Counted from the first letter of the stretch, positions 1 through 10,505 are shown. The stretch: DNA of 61,428 bases from Vermamoeba vermiformis (GCA_045837725.1 JBEWZL010000207.1:1-61428); one strand, 5' to 3'. Made by a program: numbers and translations. Notes: generated by a model from the sequence alone, not told the origin.

Positions 1-316
1 GATTGATATGCTGACATATCTCCTTGGCATGAAGGCTGCAATCGGACTTCAACAAGGCCCAAATCAGTGCTTCGATTAGCTGTTTCTCTTCGTCAGAGAA
101 CTTAGAATAGCGATGCCCGCCCCACTTCATTGGGTGGAAACTGTCATCAACAACCTTTCTCTTCCAGTACTTGATTTGGTCTCTAGAGAGATTGGTCACC
201 CGACAAACGAGCTTCGCCGGGTAAGTCAGTGCAGCAGCCCCTCCGCAAGCTCTTCGAAGATAAAACTCCCGCAGTTTACGAAGTCGTTGATGACTTGCAG
301 ACTTGTTGTTATTCAT
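1..316 (-). mobile_element. N-terminal part of an IS630/Tc1-mariner-like transposase (runs off the window start)
   Basis: Not in the ORF track. ATG at 316 opens a stop-free frame to base 1: MNNNKSASHQRLRKLREFYLRR...PAKLVCRVTNLSRDQIKYWKRKVVDDSFHPMKWGGHRYSKFSDEEKQLIEALIWALLKSDCSLHAKEICQHIN. This is an HTH, a GGxRxxK linker and a second helical unit, as in IS630/Tc1-type N-termini. The DDE domain is not in the window. Confidence 0.55.
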
Positions 317-467
317 TCTGTTGAAAGTAAGCAATTAGATTTGACACGTGGCGACTTTAAATAGAGTTTCCTGCTTTCATTCAAATTTCAGTAAGATCTA
401 TCGGAGATTTCTACAGCGAGGAGTATCTCTTAAATGCTTACGTGTCATCGATAATTGCTAATGCAAC

Positions 468-1610
468 ATGTTAAGCGCAACAACACTTGCCTTGCAAGCG
501 TCACAACAATACAAGCACATGAAGGTCAGAGCTCCAACTCCACGACGTTCAGACTTCAGTTCACAGCATGACTATGATCAAGCCATGCTAAGTTACTACC
601 AAAAGAAGAACCAAGTTCACGCCTACAATCTTCGTCAAGACCAAAAGAGACTCGAGTTCATCAGCAATGGCTTGGCACAGGGAGAAGCCTTAGTCAACAA
701 AGTGAAGCTCAAGCGTACTGCTAGCCAAATGAGTGATGATGTGGACCAATTGAACGATGTCCAGCTCGAGCGTAAATCAAAACGTGGCCGTCCTTCAAAA
801 GTGAATTCAATCGATGTACCAAAGGCAGGCACTCCTGCAGGTAAGTTAGTTAGTGCATATATTAGTTAATAATTGAAGAATTGAAATTAGGTATTCAAAA
901 GGCTGCGCAGTTTTTCACTACTAATTGCCGAACTGCTAACCCACGATTCAATTCTGAGGCAGAAGCAGAGCAGGCAGCCACGGTAAATAACATAAATATT
1001 GTTGAAATGCAATTAACCATCGAATAGAAGCTATTTAATAATTTGAACAAAACGAACGCTGCAATAATTCACATAACTGACGATGACGGAGAGCTAGACT
1101 TACGTGGTCAACTTCCAGGTAAGCAAAATCAAATCCAAGCATTTCTAATTAAAATTCAGACCTTGACCTTGCCAACGAAGTCGAATTGCCTGCACAACAG
1201 GTGTCAGTAGCTCCGTCAAAAGTGTTCGTTAAGAATGAATTCAGTGCTCGACACAAAGTCAGCTACGACTTTTGGCTCAAAGTATTACCTAGCGAACTGC
1301 ACTGCTATGCTGATCAACTTGCAACAAGTGGTATTCATGATAAGCATCTAATGGGACTCGACAGCACGATTATTTGGCAATTGACGAACGATTTCTCTCT
1401 CTGTTGCGAAGTCAAAATTGCTGTGGATAACTATAAGTACGTAGTGTTATTTATAATTATTTGTACTTACGACGACGCACTAGGCAATCGTTGAGCTTAA
1501 ACCAGTTCAACACTAATAATACTAACGTCCGTCCGGTACCACCCGTACCGCCAGCACCAGGTGATGAAAAATCACTTCCAAGTACTCCAGTACTACCAAA
1601 CTATCCATAA
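468..1610 (+). CDS. 5-exon hypothetical protein with an AT-hook and a SAM-like domain
   Basis: Exons 468-840, 891-982, 1028-1118, 1160-1436 and 1484-1610 join in frame across GT-AG introns. KSKRGRPSK AT-hook; FWLKVLPSELHCYADQLATSGIHDKHLMGLD has a SAM-like pattern; Pro-rich tail. Confidence 0.65.
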
Positions 1611-2164
1611 ATGCTCATGTTCTCTCCGCTTGCTCGCTCTCCTCGCCGATCGCTCGCTCGTGACTTTCTTCGTTTTTTTTGTTGTAGTTTTGGTATTCAT
1701 GTTGTTGTATACATATATTTACGTTTAAAATAAAGGTTAGTTCCGGTGTTGTCTCAAATCAGTCACGACAAAATAATTTAACGAACACATCCGTCGATCT
1801 GCGTGCATCCGTTACTGCCGTAATTCAGGCTTGATTTATTTAATTTTAATTAATTATAATTATAATTATTTACTGTTAAAATGTTTAATTAATTTGTTTA
1901 TCGTTGTTTCTAATTCAACTTTTTAATGAAATTGAAACTTACTTTTAATTTTACGAGTTTTATAAACAATTTTCCGGGGGGATTTGAGCCCGGTTAACAA
2001 TAATATAACATATTTATTTGAACAAAAACTAAAATTTGAAATTGGTACGAGCACAAAGCTCGATCCAATAAAAAAGTTAATTTTCAAAATTTTACTTTGA
2101 TTAAAAAACCGAAATTGTTTTTGATGAATGATTATTTTGTTATTTAATAATAATGAAAAACTTA

Positions 2165-4450
2165 CCGCATTCCAGGGGTCTACCTGATCACGCCACGGGT
2201 TTTCACGTCGTCCACGAGCTGTGAGTAAATCCCGCAATGGAACACGACTGGAAGGTGTTAGTGCACGATCCGAAGACATTGGCGGCCCGGAACTTGCGAA
2301 AAGAAAGTGAGAGGGACTTTCAATCGCGCCAGAAATTTACGTGTCACCTCTATAAGAATAATAAAGTATTATTCTCGTGTATTGCGTGTAATTTAATAGA
2401 TAAACATAATCCGGATAAAATACGAGTGCCAAGCTCGATCCAAGTTTACATTAACTTCAAATATTTAATTAGGGATGTAATATAAATTTAATCGGGGGCA
2501 CTAAATTTAAAATAATCTTACCTTGAATAATCTCGGTCTCTGCACCGAGTTTCGTTTGATTCTTTTGATCTCGCATCGACTCGCGTGTAGCGACGCTGAT
2601 CGTCGTTGGCCGTGTGTATACTGTCAATAATAACTACAGACATAATAATTCGACCGTTGCGATCTGATGAAATCGCATCTGTGGTCGATCTCTTCGTCAT
2701 ACTATTTTTAGTTCGCGAAAGATTGGTCAAAAATAATTCAAATTGGCCAATCTATCATTTATATTCATAAATAAATATACAATAAATGACAGACAACAAA
2801 GCTTTCAGTGCTCCGCTAAGTCAGTCCCGTGCTATCAAACTAGAATTAATTAAAAGGTATCAAGACATATATACGCTTTAAACTTACTTTTAATCGACGC
2901 GTTGTGTTAATTTGTCAGATCGAGTTCGTTTCAATCTGTGTTAACAAAAACAAGTTATTCAGATGTTGTTTTTACGATATTTAAATGTATTAATACACTT
3001 ACCTGGTCAAACCGCGGCCAAGACACGTGAGATCAACGCGTATTCAGAGTCCACTGTCGAATCTGAATCTAAGTGCATGAATTTGAGCGCCGTTAGATCG
3101 CGCACCGGATTCACGTGAAAGAAGCACGCAACACTTCAACTATTCTAAAAAAAGCTAAGTACAATTAATACGTAAAACAAGATTGTTACCTTTTCGCATT
3201 CAATGCGTACCAAGTACCTGACGGAGCGAATTTGAGCGTGGTTTCGTGAATCCGCTGAAGTTACGGATTCGATTTCTCAGCAGGATTGTCAATTTCAATG
3301 AATCTGTATTAATAAATTATTAGGGCCCATAGGTGCAATCGCATTGTATTACTTACGGTCCGTCACTGCTCATACATAAGTAAAACTGATCGTGTCAGAT
3401 CGCGCGTTCAGCATCGGTCAAAATAGCTAACGCGCTCTTACCTAAAATAAAACCGATATCAAACAGATATAATATGTGTAATCAACGCGTTTTACTTACT
3501 GTTAGCTCAATCGATGCGCTCTATCAACTTTTCATTAATTGGGTCTCGATCCGCGAGCATCCAATGATCTCGTCCGTGTAAGTCCTAAATAAAGTAAAAT
3601 TAGTAAAAATAGATTAAAATAGACAATTATAACGGATTGTACTTGTCTTGATAGCAATCAGTGCTCTTCACTAAACATTTAACGGATCGAGTTGGGTTAG
3701 GGTCGGATCTCGTTAATTTTTCTGGGGCTTGCATTGGCTATTTCTAAGCATGTGCCGCGTTAGTATTGATCGATATCTAACGCTGGGAATACTTACAGGC
3801 TATTGTTTAATCAACTATCGAAATTGTTACGGGAAGATCGGGTTCGAGATCTGTCAGAAACCTAAATAAAACGTTAAAATAAAATAACAATATAATAAAA
3901 TATTTAACTACTTAAGCCTAATTCACTGGTCATCGAGCGATAGACTTCGCACTCTTTTAGATCTAGAACTCGCGTGTTATGACGTTTAAATTATTTGACA
4001 GAAACTATTAAATATGATAGAAAATTAAAAATTGAAATTAAGATATTGATACATACGGGAAGTATAAAAAAATATTACCTTGAAAATTATATCGGCCGAG
4101 ATTCGTGCAATTCTTGATCTTGCTCATTGTCTCGCGCTGCAACGACGCTGATTGTCGCTGGACGCGTGTCCACTATCAACAATAACAATAATAATAACTC
4201 GACCCTTGTGGTCGATCTGATGCGAATCTAACTTTCAATCCAAATACCTCGCGCTGAACGGTCGTTGCAACCGGTTGGCGCTCACTGACAGTTGTTAATT
4301 AACAATATTAAATTAAAATTTCGACCCTTGTGGTCGAACTAGTGACTGCCAATAAATTCTGGCACGTTCAAATGGCTGCTGGCTTCCGTGCACCAGTCCG
4401 TATCCAAGTAACTCGTGGCTTCTGTCGCCATGGCGTTACTGCTGAGTGTT
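2165..4450 (-). other. Multi-intron minus-strand unit without a coherent ORF (spliced lncRNA or decayed gene)
   Basis: Regularly spaced AT-rich GT..AG intron-like segments on the minus strand (2350-2521, 2840-2887, 2936-3002, 3145-3189, 3304-3356, 3442-3499, 3585-3642, 3744-3796, 3862-3911, 4005-4078). The exon 3003-3144 has stops in all three frames. Outer limits are approximate. Confidence 0.45.
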
Positions 4451-5390
4451 AGCTAGAAGAAATTAATAATGAAATAATATAATTCACGCCTTTGGGTTGA
4501 ACTTTGAGTTTATTTAACGCCACGAATCTATTTTGCACGGAAACGACCAGTGTGGATCTTAAGCATTGTTAAACTAAATAAATATTAACTCGTACGTGAC
4601 AGGTAAATATTATTATAGCGAATGAAAAGCGAAAAAAGGTTTTGATTCGCGTAAACGGTTTCAAAAATTCAACTCAGATTTGGGCGGGAGGGTAATTTCT
4701 CAATAACGCAAGCAGCTACAGTAATGCTGTCTCGTGCGCTGTGACTGACATACATAATTACAGAAATAGCAGGCCACCTTGTGCCAAGGAGACAAATTGA
4801 TTACTTTTTGATCGTTGAAGGAAAGCAGCTAAATCCTTCGATAACCACCGAGGAGCAAACACGAGCAGTTACATGCATGGTGTTTGAATGACAAAAATAA
4901 CAGTCGTTAAGCCCATTGCACCACCGTAACCCTGCGCACAAACGGCGAAATCACACGCGTGACATGAAAACTCGGCCGAAAATCCAAAGAACAAATCTTA
5001 TTGGTCGGTTGTTAATGCAAGATTTCCTTTTCGGTTTCATTATTTCACGTTGCAACCATAACCACAACACATTAATTTTATTTATTCACCACAATGTAGC
5101 AACAAAGATTTTATTTATTCTTAAATTACATACGAATGTGCTCCGTAAGTCTATTATGCTCTGGCAACGTGGTGCAATCTCGACAAAACTCCAAGTGCAG
5201 ATCGTTCCTCCGTTTGCTCATAAAATCTGGCTAGTAAGTTAAGCAGTGCCTCATCGCAAGTAGTGACAGCATGATTGTAACTACGAGTCTCGCTCGTGCC
5301 GTCACTAGTTACGAGTATGGACCCCAATAGAGTCACCTTCTGCCTGCCTACTAAATTGTAAGTTATTTTGAACGTGTAATTTGTTGTTAG

Positions 5391-5852
5391 TTCGTGACCA
5401 GCACAGTCACGAAGTTTTGGACTATAATATTTTTTTTCATTGTCCGGAGACGATCTTGCAGGAGTGAATTTTATTTGTTCGTGACCGGTGTGGTCACGAA
5501 GTTTTGGACTTTGGAATTTTTTCTTACATCGTCTCCCGCTGGAGACGACCCTGCAGGACTTTGGTTTTTTTTTACATCGTCTCCCGCTGGAGACGACCTT
5601 GTAGGACTTCGTTTTTTTTTACATCGTCTCCCGCTGGAGACGACCTTGCAGGACTTCAATTTTTTTTTAAGCTCGTGCCCAGTGTAGCCACGAAGCTACA
5701 ACTTAATTTTTGTTACATCGTCTCCCAATGGAGACGACCTATCAGGACATCAGTTTTCTGAGTTCATGTCCGAGTGGTCAGGAAGTTTTTGCATTATAAT
5801 TTTTTCAGTTCACAACTTAGTTTAAGTCGTCTCCTGTTGGACCTGAAAGACT
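5391..5852. repeat. Array of ~10 palindromic hairpin units with ~47 bp period (types A and B), each followed by a GGACT-like motif and a T-rich tract
   Basis: Type A TTCGTGACC-loop-GGTCACGAA at 5391 and 5478, degenerate near 5671 and 5762. Type B TCGTCTCC-loop-GGAGACGA in units starting 5526, 5574, 5621 and 5715, degenerate near 5438 and 5826. Confidence 0.9.
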
Positions 5853-5944
5853 TTATTTGTTCAGCTCATTATTCTAACTCTTCATATTTAGTTTTGTATA
5901 AAAATTGTATGTACAATTAATAAAGTCCTTTAACTACTTGTGCC

Positions 5945-6120
5945 TTACTCATTAGTGCTCAGCAACTCTCATTAGCACTCGGCAGCTCTTGTCAGTGCTC
6001 AGCCACTCTTGTTAGCGCTGGCGACTCTCGTTAGTGCTGGCGACTCTCGTTAGTGCTCGGCGACTCTCGTTAGTGCTCGGCGACTCTCATTAGTGCTTGG
6101 CAACTCTGGATAGTGCTCAT
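5945..6120. repeat. Tandem repeat, ~20-bp unit GTTAGTGCTCGGCGACTCTC, ~8 copies
   Basis: Directly visible; variants differ mostly by CG>CA/TG changes and 1-nt deletions. Confidence 0.9.
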
Positions 6121-6433
6121 TAGCAGTTAGCATCTCATGCAAGTTCTTCAGGTCCTTGGCTGAAAACTTCAGAAGTTTTTCTTGGTCATATGTTACTTTT
6201 GGATAGTTTTTAGGGCTAGCCCTGTTTGGCCAAGCCCTGTAGTATATATGAATAGGCTTCGGCAGGCGCAATGTCATATTGCCCTTGGGAGAGGACTTCT
6301 TGGGACCTTGGTTCGTAGCGCCTTGGCCCTTGGGGCTAACGTTGGTGTTGTTGCCTGCGCCCTTGGCCAGGGGTGCTGACTTGGGGCTGGGAGTCCCGGC
6401 TGCAGCTAGTTGATCGAGCTCGTTGGCTGACAT
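6050..6433 (-). CDS. Hypothetical low-complexity (P/K/S/G-rich) ORF embedded in the repeat block; possibly a decayed TE gene
   Basis: ATG at 6433 (MSANELDQLAAAGTPSPKSAP...). The C-terminus runs into the 20-bp array. A diverged copy of the IHIYYRAWPNRAS-coding segment lies at 7526-7566. Confidence 0.3.
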   Translation of the reverse strand: MSANELDQLAAAGTPSPKSAPLAKGAGNNTNVSPKGQGATNQGPKKSSPKGNMTLRLPKPIHIYYRAWPNRASPKNYPKVTYDQEKLLKFSAKDLKNLHEMLTANEHYPELPSTNESRRALTRVAEH

Positions 6434-6533
6434 TTGACGGTGGGTGTTGAAGTTTCGGTTGTTGTTGTTACTGTTACAAAGCAAGAGTTAGCAATGAGCA
6501 TTTTACACCTTGAAGCTAACATCCCGATTGACT

Positions 6534-6731
6534 GCGGATCGGGGTGGACCCAGACCCTTCCTGATTCGCCGCAGATCGGGGTGGACCCAGGCCCTTCCTG
6601 ATTCGCCGCGGATCGGGGTGGACCCAGGCCCTTCCTGATTCGCCGCGGATCAGGGTGGACCCAGACCCTTCCTGATTCGCCGCGGATCGGGGTGGACCCA
6701 GACCCTTCCTGATTCGCCGCGGATCGGGGTG
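6534..6731. repeat. Tandem repeat, 37-bp GC-rich unit GCGGATCGGGGTGGACCCAGACCCTTCCTGATTCGCC, 5 full copies plus a partial
   Basis: Units start at 6534, 6571, 6608, 6645, 6682 and 6719; a degenerate copy lies near 6987-7010. Confidence 0.95.
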
Positions 6732-7230
6732 AAAATGAAATTTCGCCCAAATATGGCAAGGTAAGCCACGTGCACTGCGACTTGTTGTGCTCTGTGTTAT
6801 GAAGTAATTAAAAATGACTAAGATTCGGTTTCTCGATTCTCTCAAAATTGCCTCCCTGCCTCCCTTTTGAAGGAGGCTTTTTATTTTTCGCCTCGCCTGG
6901 ATTCGAACCTGCGCCTTCAAGGTTTTACAGGAGTTTGGCACTATTTCCCGATTCAGAGTCTGCCAGGAGCCCAGTTGGCCTGGTATCCTGATTCGCGACG
7001 GATCGGGATCGGGATTTTTCTTCCTGATTGGCGCCCAATTGGGATGTTTTCAAATTTTGACCAAAGCCAATAACTTTTTTCTGTGTTTTTCATGAAATTT
7101 ACGGGCTTTTTATTTTTACATCGTTTTTGCTGGAAAATACAAGTTTTTAAATATTGCCCTTTTTCGACAAAAACACCTATTCCTATATCCCTAACTCCTA
7201 GGAAACAGTAATATGTCAGTATTAAATAGA

Positions 7231-7314
7231 TCGTCTCCGTGGTGGAGACGACCTCCTAGGACTTTGTTTTTTTTTTAATAGATCATCTCCATGACCACCC
7301 TTACATGGAGACGA
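7231..7314. repeat. Two further type-B hairpin units, same orientation as the 5391-5852 array
   Basis: TCGTCTCC-GTGGT-GGAGACGA..GGACT plus T tract at 7231; TCATCTCCATG-ACCACCCTTA-CATGGAGACGA at 7283. Confidence 0.85.
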
Positions 7315-7624
7315 CCCTCGCAAACTTTATTGTAGTGGATTGTACTGATTAGTTTATTGTAGTAGCCAACTCATAGCAACCCTGCAACCTGCCAAACCAG
7401 TCAAAGCACCCTCAAACCTGCCTTGTTACACCTGCCCTGCCTGGAATTGTTTGTCAAGCCAATTTTGTAAATAAACAAAGTTTTCATTAGTTTTTGCAGT
7501 TTTTCATAGGAATTTTATATTTGTCAGGCTAGCCCTATATGGCCAGGCCCTACAGTATATATGAATATTATAAACATTAGGCTTGTGATAATTATAGTAT
7601 AAATAAATATTCAAACGTTAATTA

Positions 7625-9642
7625 AGGGCGCAGTCAACTTGCCGTTTTCGCGGTTCAAAAAAAAAATTGAAAGACTAAAATTTCTATGGAATTTCTTCAT
7701 TTTATTTGTTTTATTCCACATCACACTCGTTAGCGTTATTTTGAATATTATTCGTGCAAGAAACACAACGGCAGCGTGGAGAGCATCCACGACCAGCCTT
7801 GAAGCAAGAACAGCGGTGATTTTTACACCCTGTTTTACAGCCGCACTTCTCGGCTGTTTTGTATTTGTATTTTTTGTTTTTGTTTGGATTGTGGTTTCGC
7901 TCGAGCTTTTGCTTTCGCAAAGCGACTTTCTTTTGGCGTACACTGGCCTTTTTTTTATGCTCTGCCACATGTTGCTGGGATTTGTCAGCAGATTCTAGGC
8001 AGCGATTAAAATATGGAGAAGATTCGAAGCCACAATGCTCGAAAATGTCTCTGATCCACCGATTTTTCAGCTGGCTATTTAATAATCCAATATCAGCACG
8101 GGCAGCATAACTGCGTAGGTAATCTTTTCGTTTTTCGACGGATGCAGCAATGCAGTTATTGATACTCTCTAGGTGATTGGTATTGAAGGCGTGTATGTAA
8201 CTCGCACTACGAGATGCTGTTACTCGAATAATTTCTTCAAGTTCGGCAATTGCCATGAGAGAAGTAAGTCTTCCTAAGCAAATCTGGTCAGATTTAAATT
8301 CGTTTCTCCACCACTAACCTTTCAAATAAGGCATTGTATGCCAACACTTATCGTGTATACCACGGCAGTGATCTACAAATTGTCGGATGCTTGCTTCAAG
8401 CTCTTCAATTATTGTTGCTTCCATTTGTTTGCCGATCTTGTCCCGTGCTGCATTTGCCGCTGTGTAGAGCCATTTCTTCCCTCTCGTAGCAATATTCTTT
8501 GCCTCTGGATATCGTTCCTCGAGATTGCGTAAGTGAATGACAAGATTCTTTGCAGCATGGCTCAGGCACTGAAATTCTTTCGCATTAGGAAAGTGTTCGC
8601 GGATGAGCTTTGACATTGAAGCGTCGTTATCGTGAACGTAAGAACCAATAACGAAATGCTCTTCTTTCATCATAGCAAATACCTGCTCTGCTCCCCATCC
8701 CTCCATAGAACGAGCTGAACCGCTGTACTGCTGGAATGGTGTAGCTGAATTCCGCTTCCGCTGGACATGCACTCGCCACAAGATCTTATTAGACTCGAGA
8801 TCAGTTATTGTAACAGTGCATTGCTCGGAATTGAAGCCTCGCGGATTTGTCCACCTGCCATCAATTGCCACATCTAAGGCGACGGATCCTGCACCAACTC
8901 GCTTTAGATGGGTTTGTCTCTGCCTCACCTCTGCACGATGAGAAGCCCAGAGTTTGGAGGCATAGTCTTCAATCTTCATAAGATACTGCCGTTGCTTCCT
9001 ATAGAACTGTTGTTTACTTGGTGGTGTCAGATCCAAAAAAGTGAAGAACCATGAGGTTTGTTGGTAACTCAAACGACTTGCAAGGGTTGCCAAGATGAAT
9101 TTTTCATTAATTGAGGCAGTTCTACCACATATTTCAGCAGAATCAAACAAGATCTGACGCTGGCACGTAACGCACTTCCAAGAAAATCGAGCAACACAAC
9201 CAAAGTCAGAAATATTGTAAGAAGTGAGAAGTCCACCACAGGTGCAACGCAAATGTTCGCAAATAAAGTCAACCAGCTTGTTTTTAACCAAGATCGTGCA
9301 GCTTGAAGTAGCGGATGTAGGGTCTTTCATTCTCGGTTGCTCACAGGAGTTGAGCAGTGAATTAATTGGTAATTTTGAGGGACTTTGGAGTTGCTGTAGT
9401 GGATGCTCAGCATTAAATTTAAGCATCCACTTTTGACAGCGTAGCTGATGTCGTTTGAGAGCATAATTATTGCTAAAAACCTTTGGAGAGCAAATACAAG
9501 TTTGTTGCATCGTTTACTGTGATGTTTGAATAAAGACGCGACACAAATCCGCGAAAAAAGGTGTGAAACAGCACGTGAATAGCAGAAATTTCTAACCACT
9601 CACACAACGGCAGTTAGAAAATTCGCACATGCACTGCGCCCT
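7625..9642 (-). mobile_element. ~2.0-kb DNA transposon (Kolobok/Mutator-like) with 10-bp TIRs
   Basis: AGGGCGCAGT at 7625-7634 and its reverse complement ACTGCGCCCT at 9633-9642, each flanked by TTA (7622-7624, 9643-9645). The TIRs tightly enclose the transposase gene. Confidence 0.75.
7711..9510 (-). CDS. DDE transposase, Kolobok/Mutator-like, ~584 aa, 2 exons
   Basis: Exons 9510-8319 and 8273-7711; 45-nt intron GTTAGT..CTGAC..TTAG. Motifs VAIDGRW..PRGFNS (D), SARSMEG, YVHDNDAS (D), CLSHAAKN (CxxH), HCRGIHDKCWH, NTNHLESINN (E). N-terminal C2HC zinc finger; C-terminal CGCKTGCKNHRCSCFKAGRGCSPRCRCVSCTN (tesmin/TSO1-like CXC). Confidence 0.88.
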
Positions 9643-9688
9643 TTATTGAAATAACAATAAGAATGATGATGAAATCTCATCGATCGAA

Positions 9689-10445
9689 TTACCCCCATAA
9701 GGGTAATTCTTCATACAATCTGAACGTAGTGTACTGAGGATAGCAATCAAAGAGACGATAAGGACCAAAGCAGTGACCTTTGCAAACAGCTTCATTAGGA
9801 CGAAGAATGCCAAGTTTGCGAAGGAGTTCAGTACGATAGATGCACCAGTTACGCTCCATGTTAATGTAGTGAATCTCCCAAATGAGGTGAAGTGGATTAT
9901 AACAGTCCTTGTTATGGCAAAGATGAGAGAGATCAACACTAGAACGGAGCCAATACTTAAAGACGACAAAGAAACCAAGATCGTCTTTCTTGTACAACCA
10001 TTCTTTCTGTTCAATTACTTTAGCAACGTGAGACAATCTAAGGTACTTAGTCTTCTTCTTGTTCTTGATCTCGTGCTTGTTAAAATCAACAACACGACTA
10101 ACAGAGATGTAGCCATTGTCATTCTTTGAAGCAGATCTAACTTCAATGACATTGCAATTACCAGCTTTACGTGCATCAGTGTCATCTAATTCAAACGAAA
10201 TCTCATTCAGTAAAAATCCCCTATAAGAGAAAAACAAGAAACATACTCTGATCTCTAAGAACTCTGCGATTGAGCTTGCGGCGATAGACTTGCTGAAGAG
10301 AAGTAAACTTGAAGAAATGCGGCAGATCTGTCGACGGTCTGTCCTTCTCTTTGTCATAGATATCAGGACCAAGACTTGCAGGGTCAATCTCTCCCAATAA
10401 TTGGAGATAATTAGATAAAGTTACTCTAGTGTATTGAGTAGTCAT
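9689..10445 (-). CDS. His-Cys box (His-Me finger) homing-endonuclease-like protein, ~231 aa, 2 exons
   Basis: Exon 10445-10247 joins exon 10185-9689 in frame across a 61-nt intron (GTATGT..TTAG). Contains SHLCHNKDCYNPLHLIWEIHYINMERNWC, an upstream C..NGY motif and downstream C..H..C residues. Confidence 0.88.
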
Positions 10446-10505
10446 TTGATTTTGTGTTGAATCATTTGACTTAAATCAAATAAAATTGCAGCGAGAAATT
10501 TGGTG

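Noticed and set aside
2165-4450. Alternative genetic code explaining the stop-rich exons
   Set aside because: TAA, TAG and TGA all interrupt frames here, and neighbouring genes use the standard code with all three stops.
5391-5852. CRISPR array
   Set aside because: Sequences between the palindromes are short T-rich tracts, not unique ~30-nt spacers. No cas genes are present and the context is eukaryotic.
6211-6253. Helitron 3' terminus (hairpin plus CTRR), also considered at 7526-7566 and 10506-10544
   Set aside because: Hairpins exist, but the following bases are not a clean CTRR end and no Rep/helicase gene is visible.
6406-6941. ORFs 6406-6759 and 6516-6941, and ORFs over 5394-5761
   Set aside because: They are translations of tandem repeats whose unit lengths are mostly not multiples of three, giving rotating peptide repeats.
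8274-8318. Stop-codon readthrough or pseudogenisation of the transposase
   Set aside because: The in-frame TAG lies inside a canonical 45-nt intron with a branch point; splicing restores the frame.
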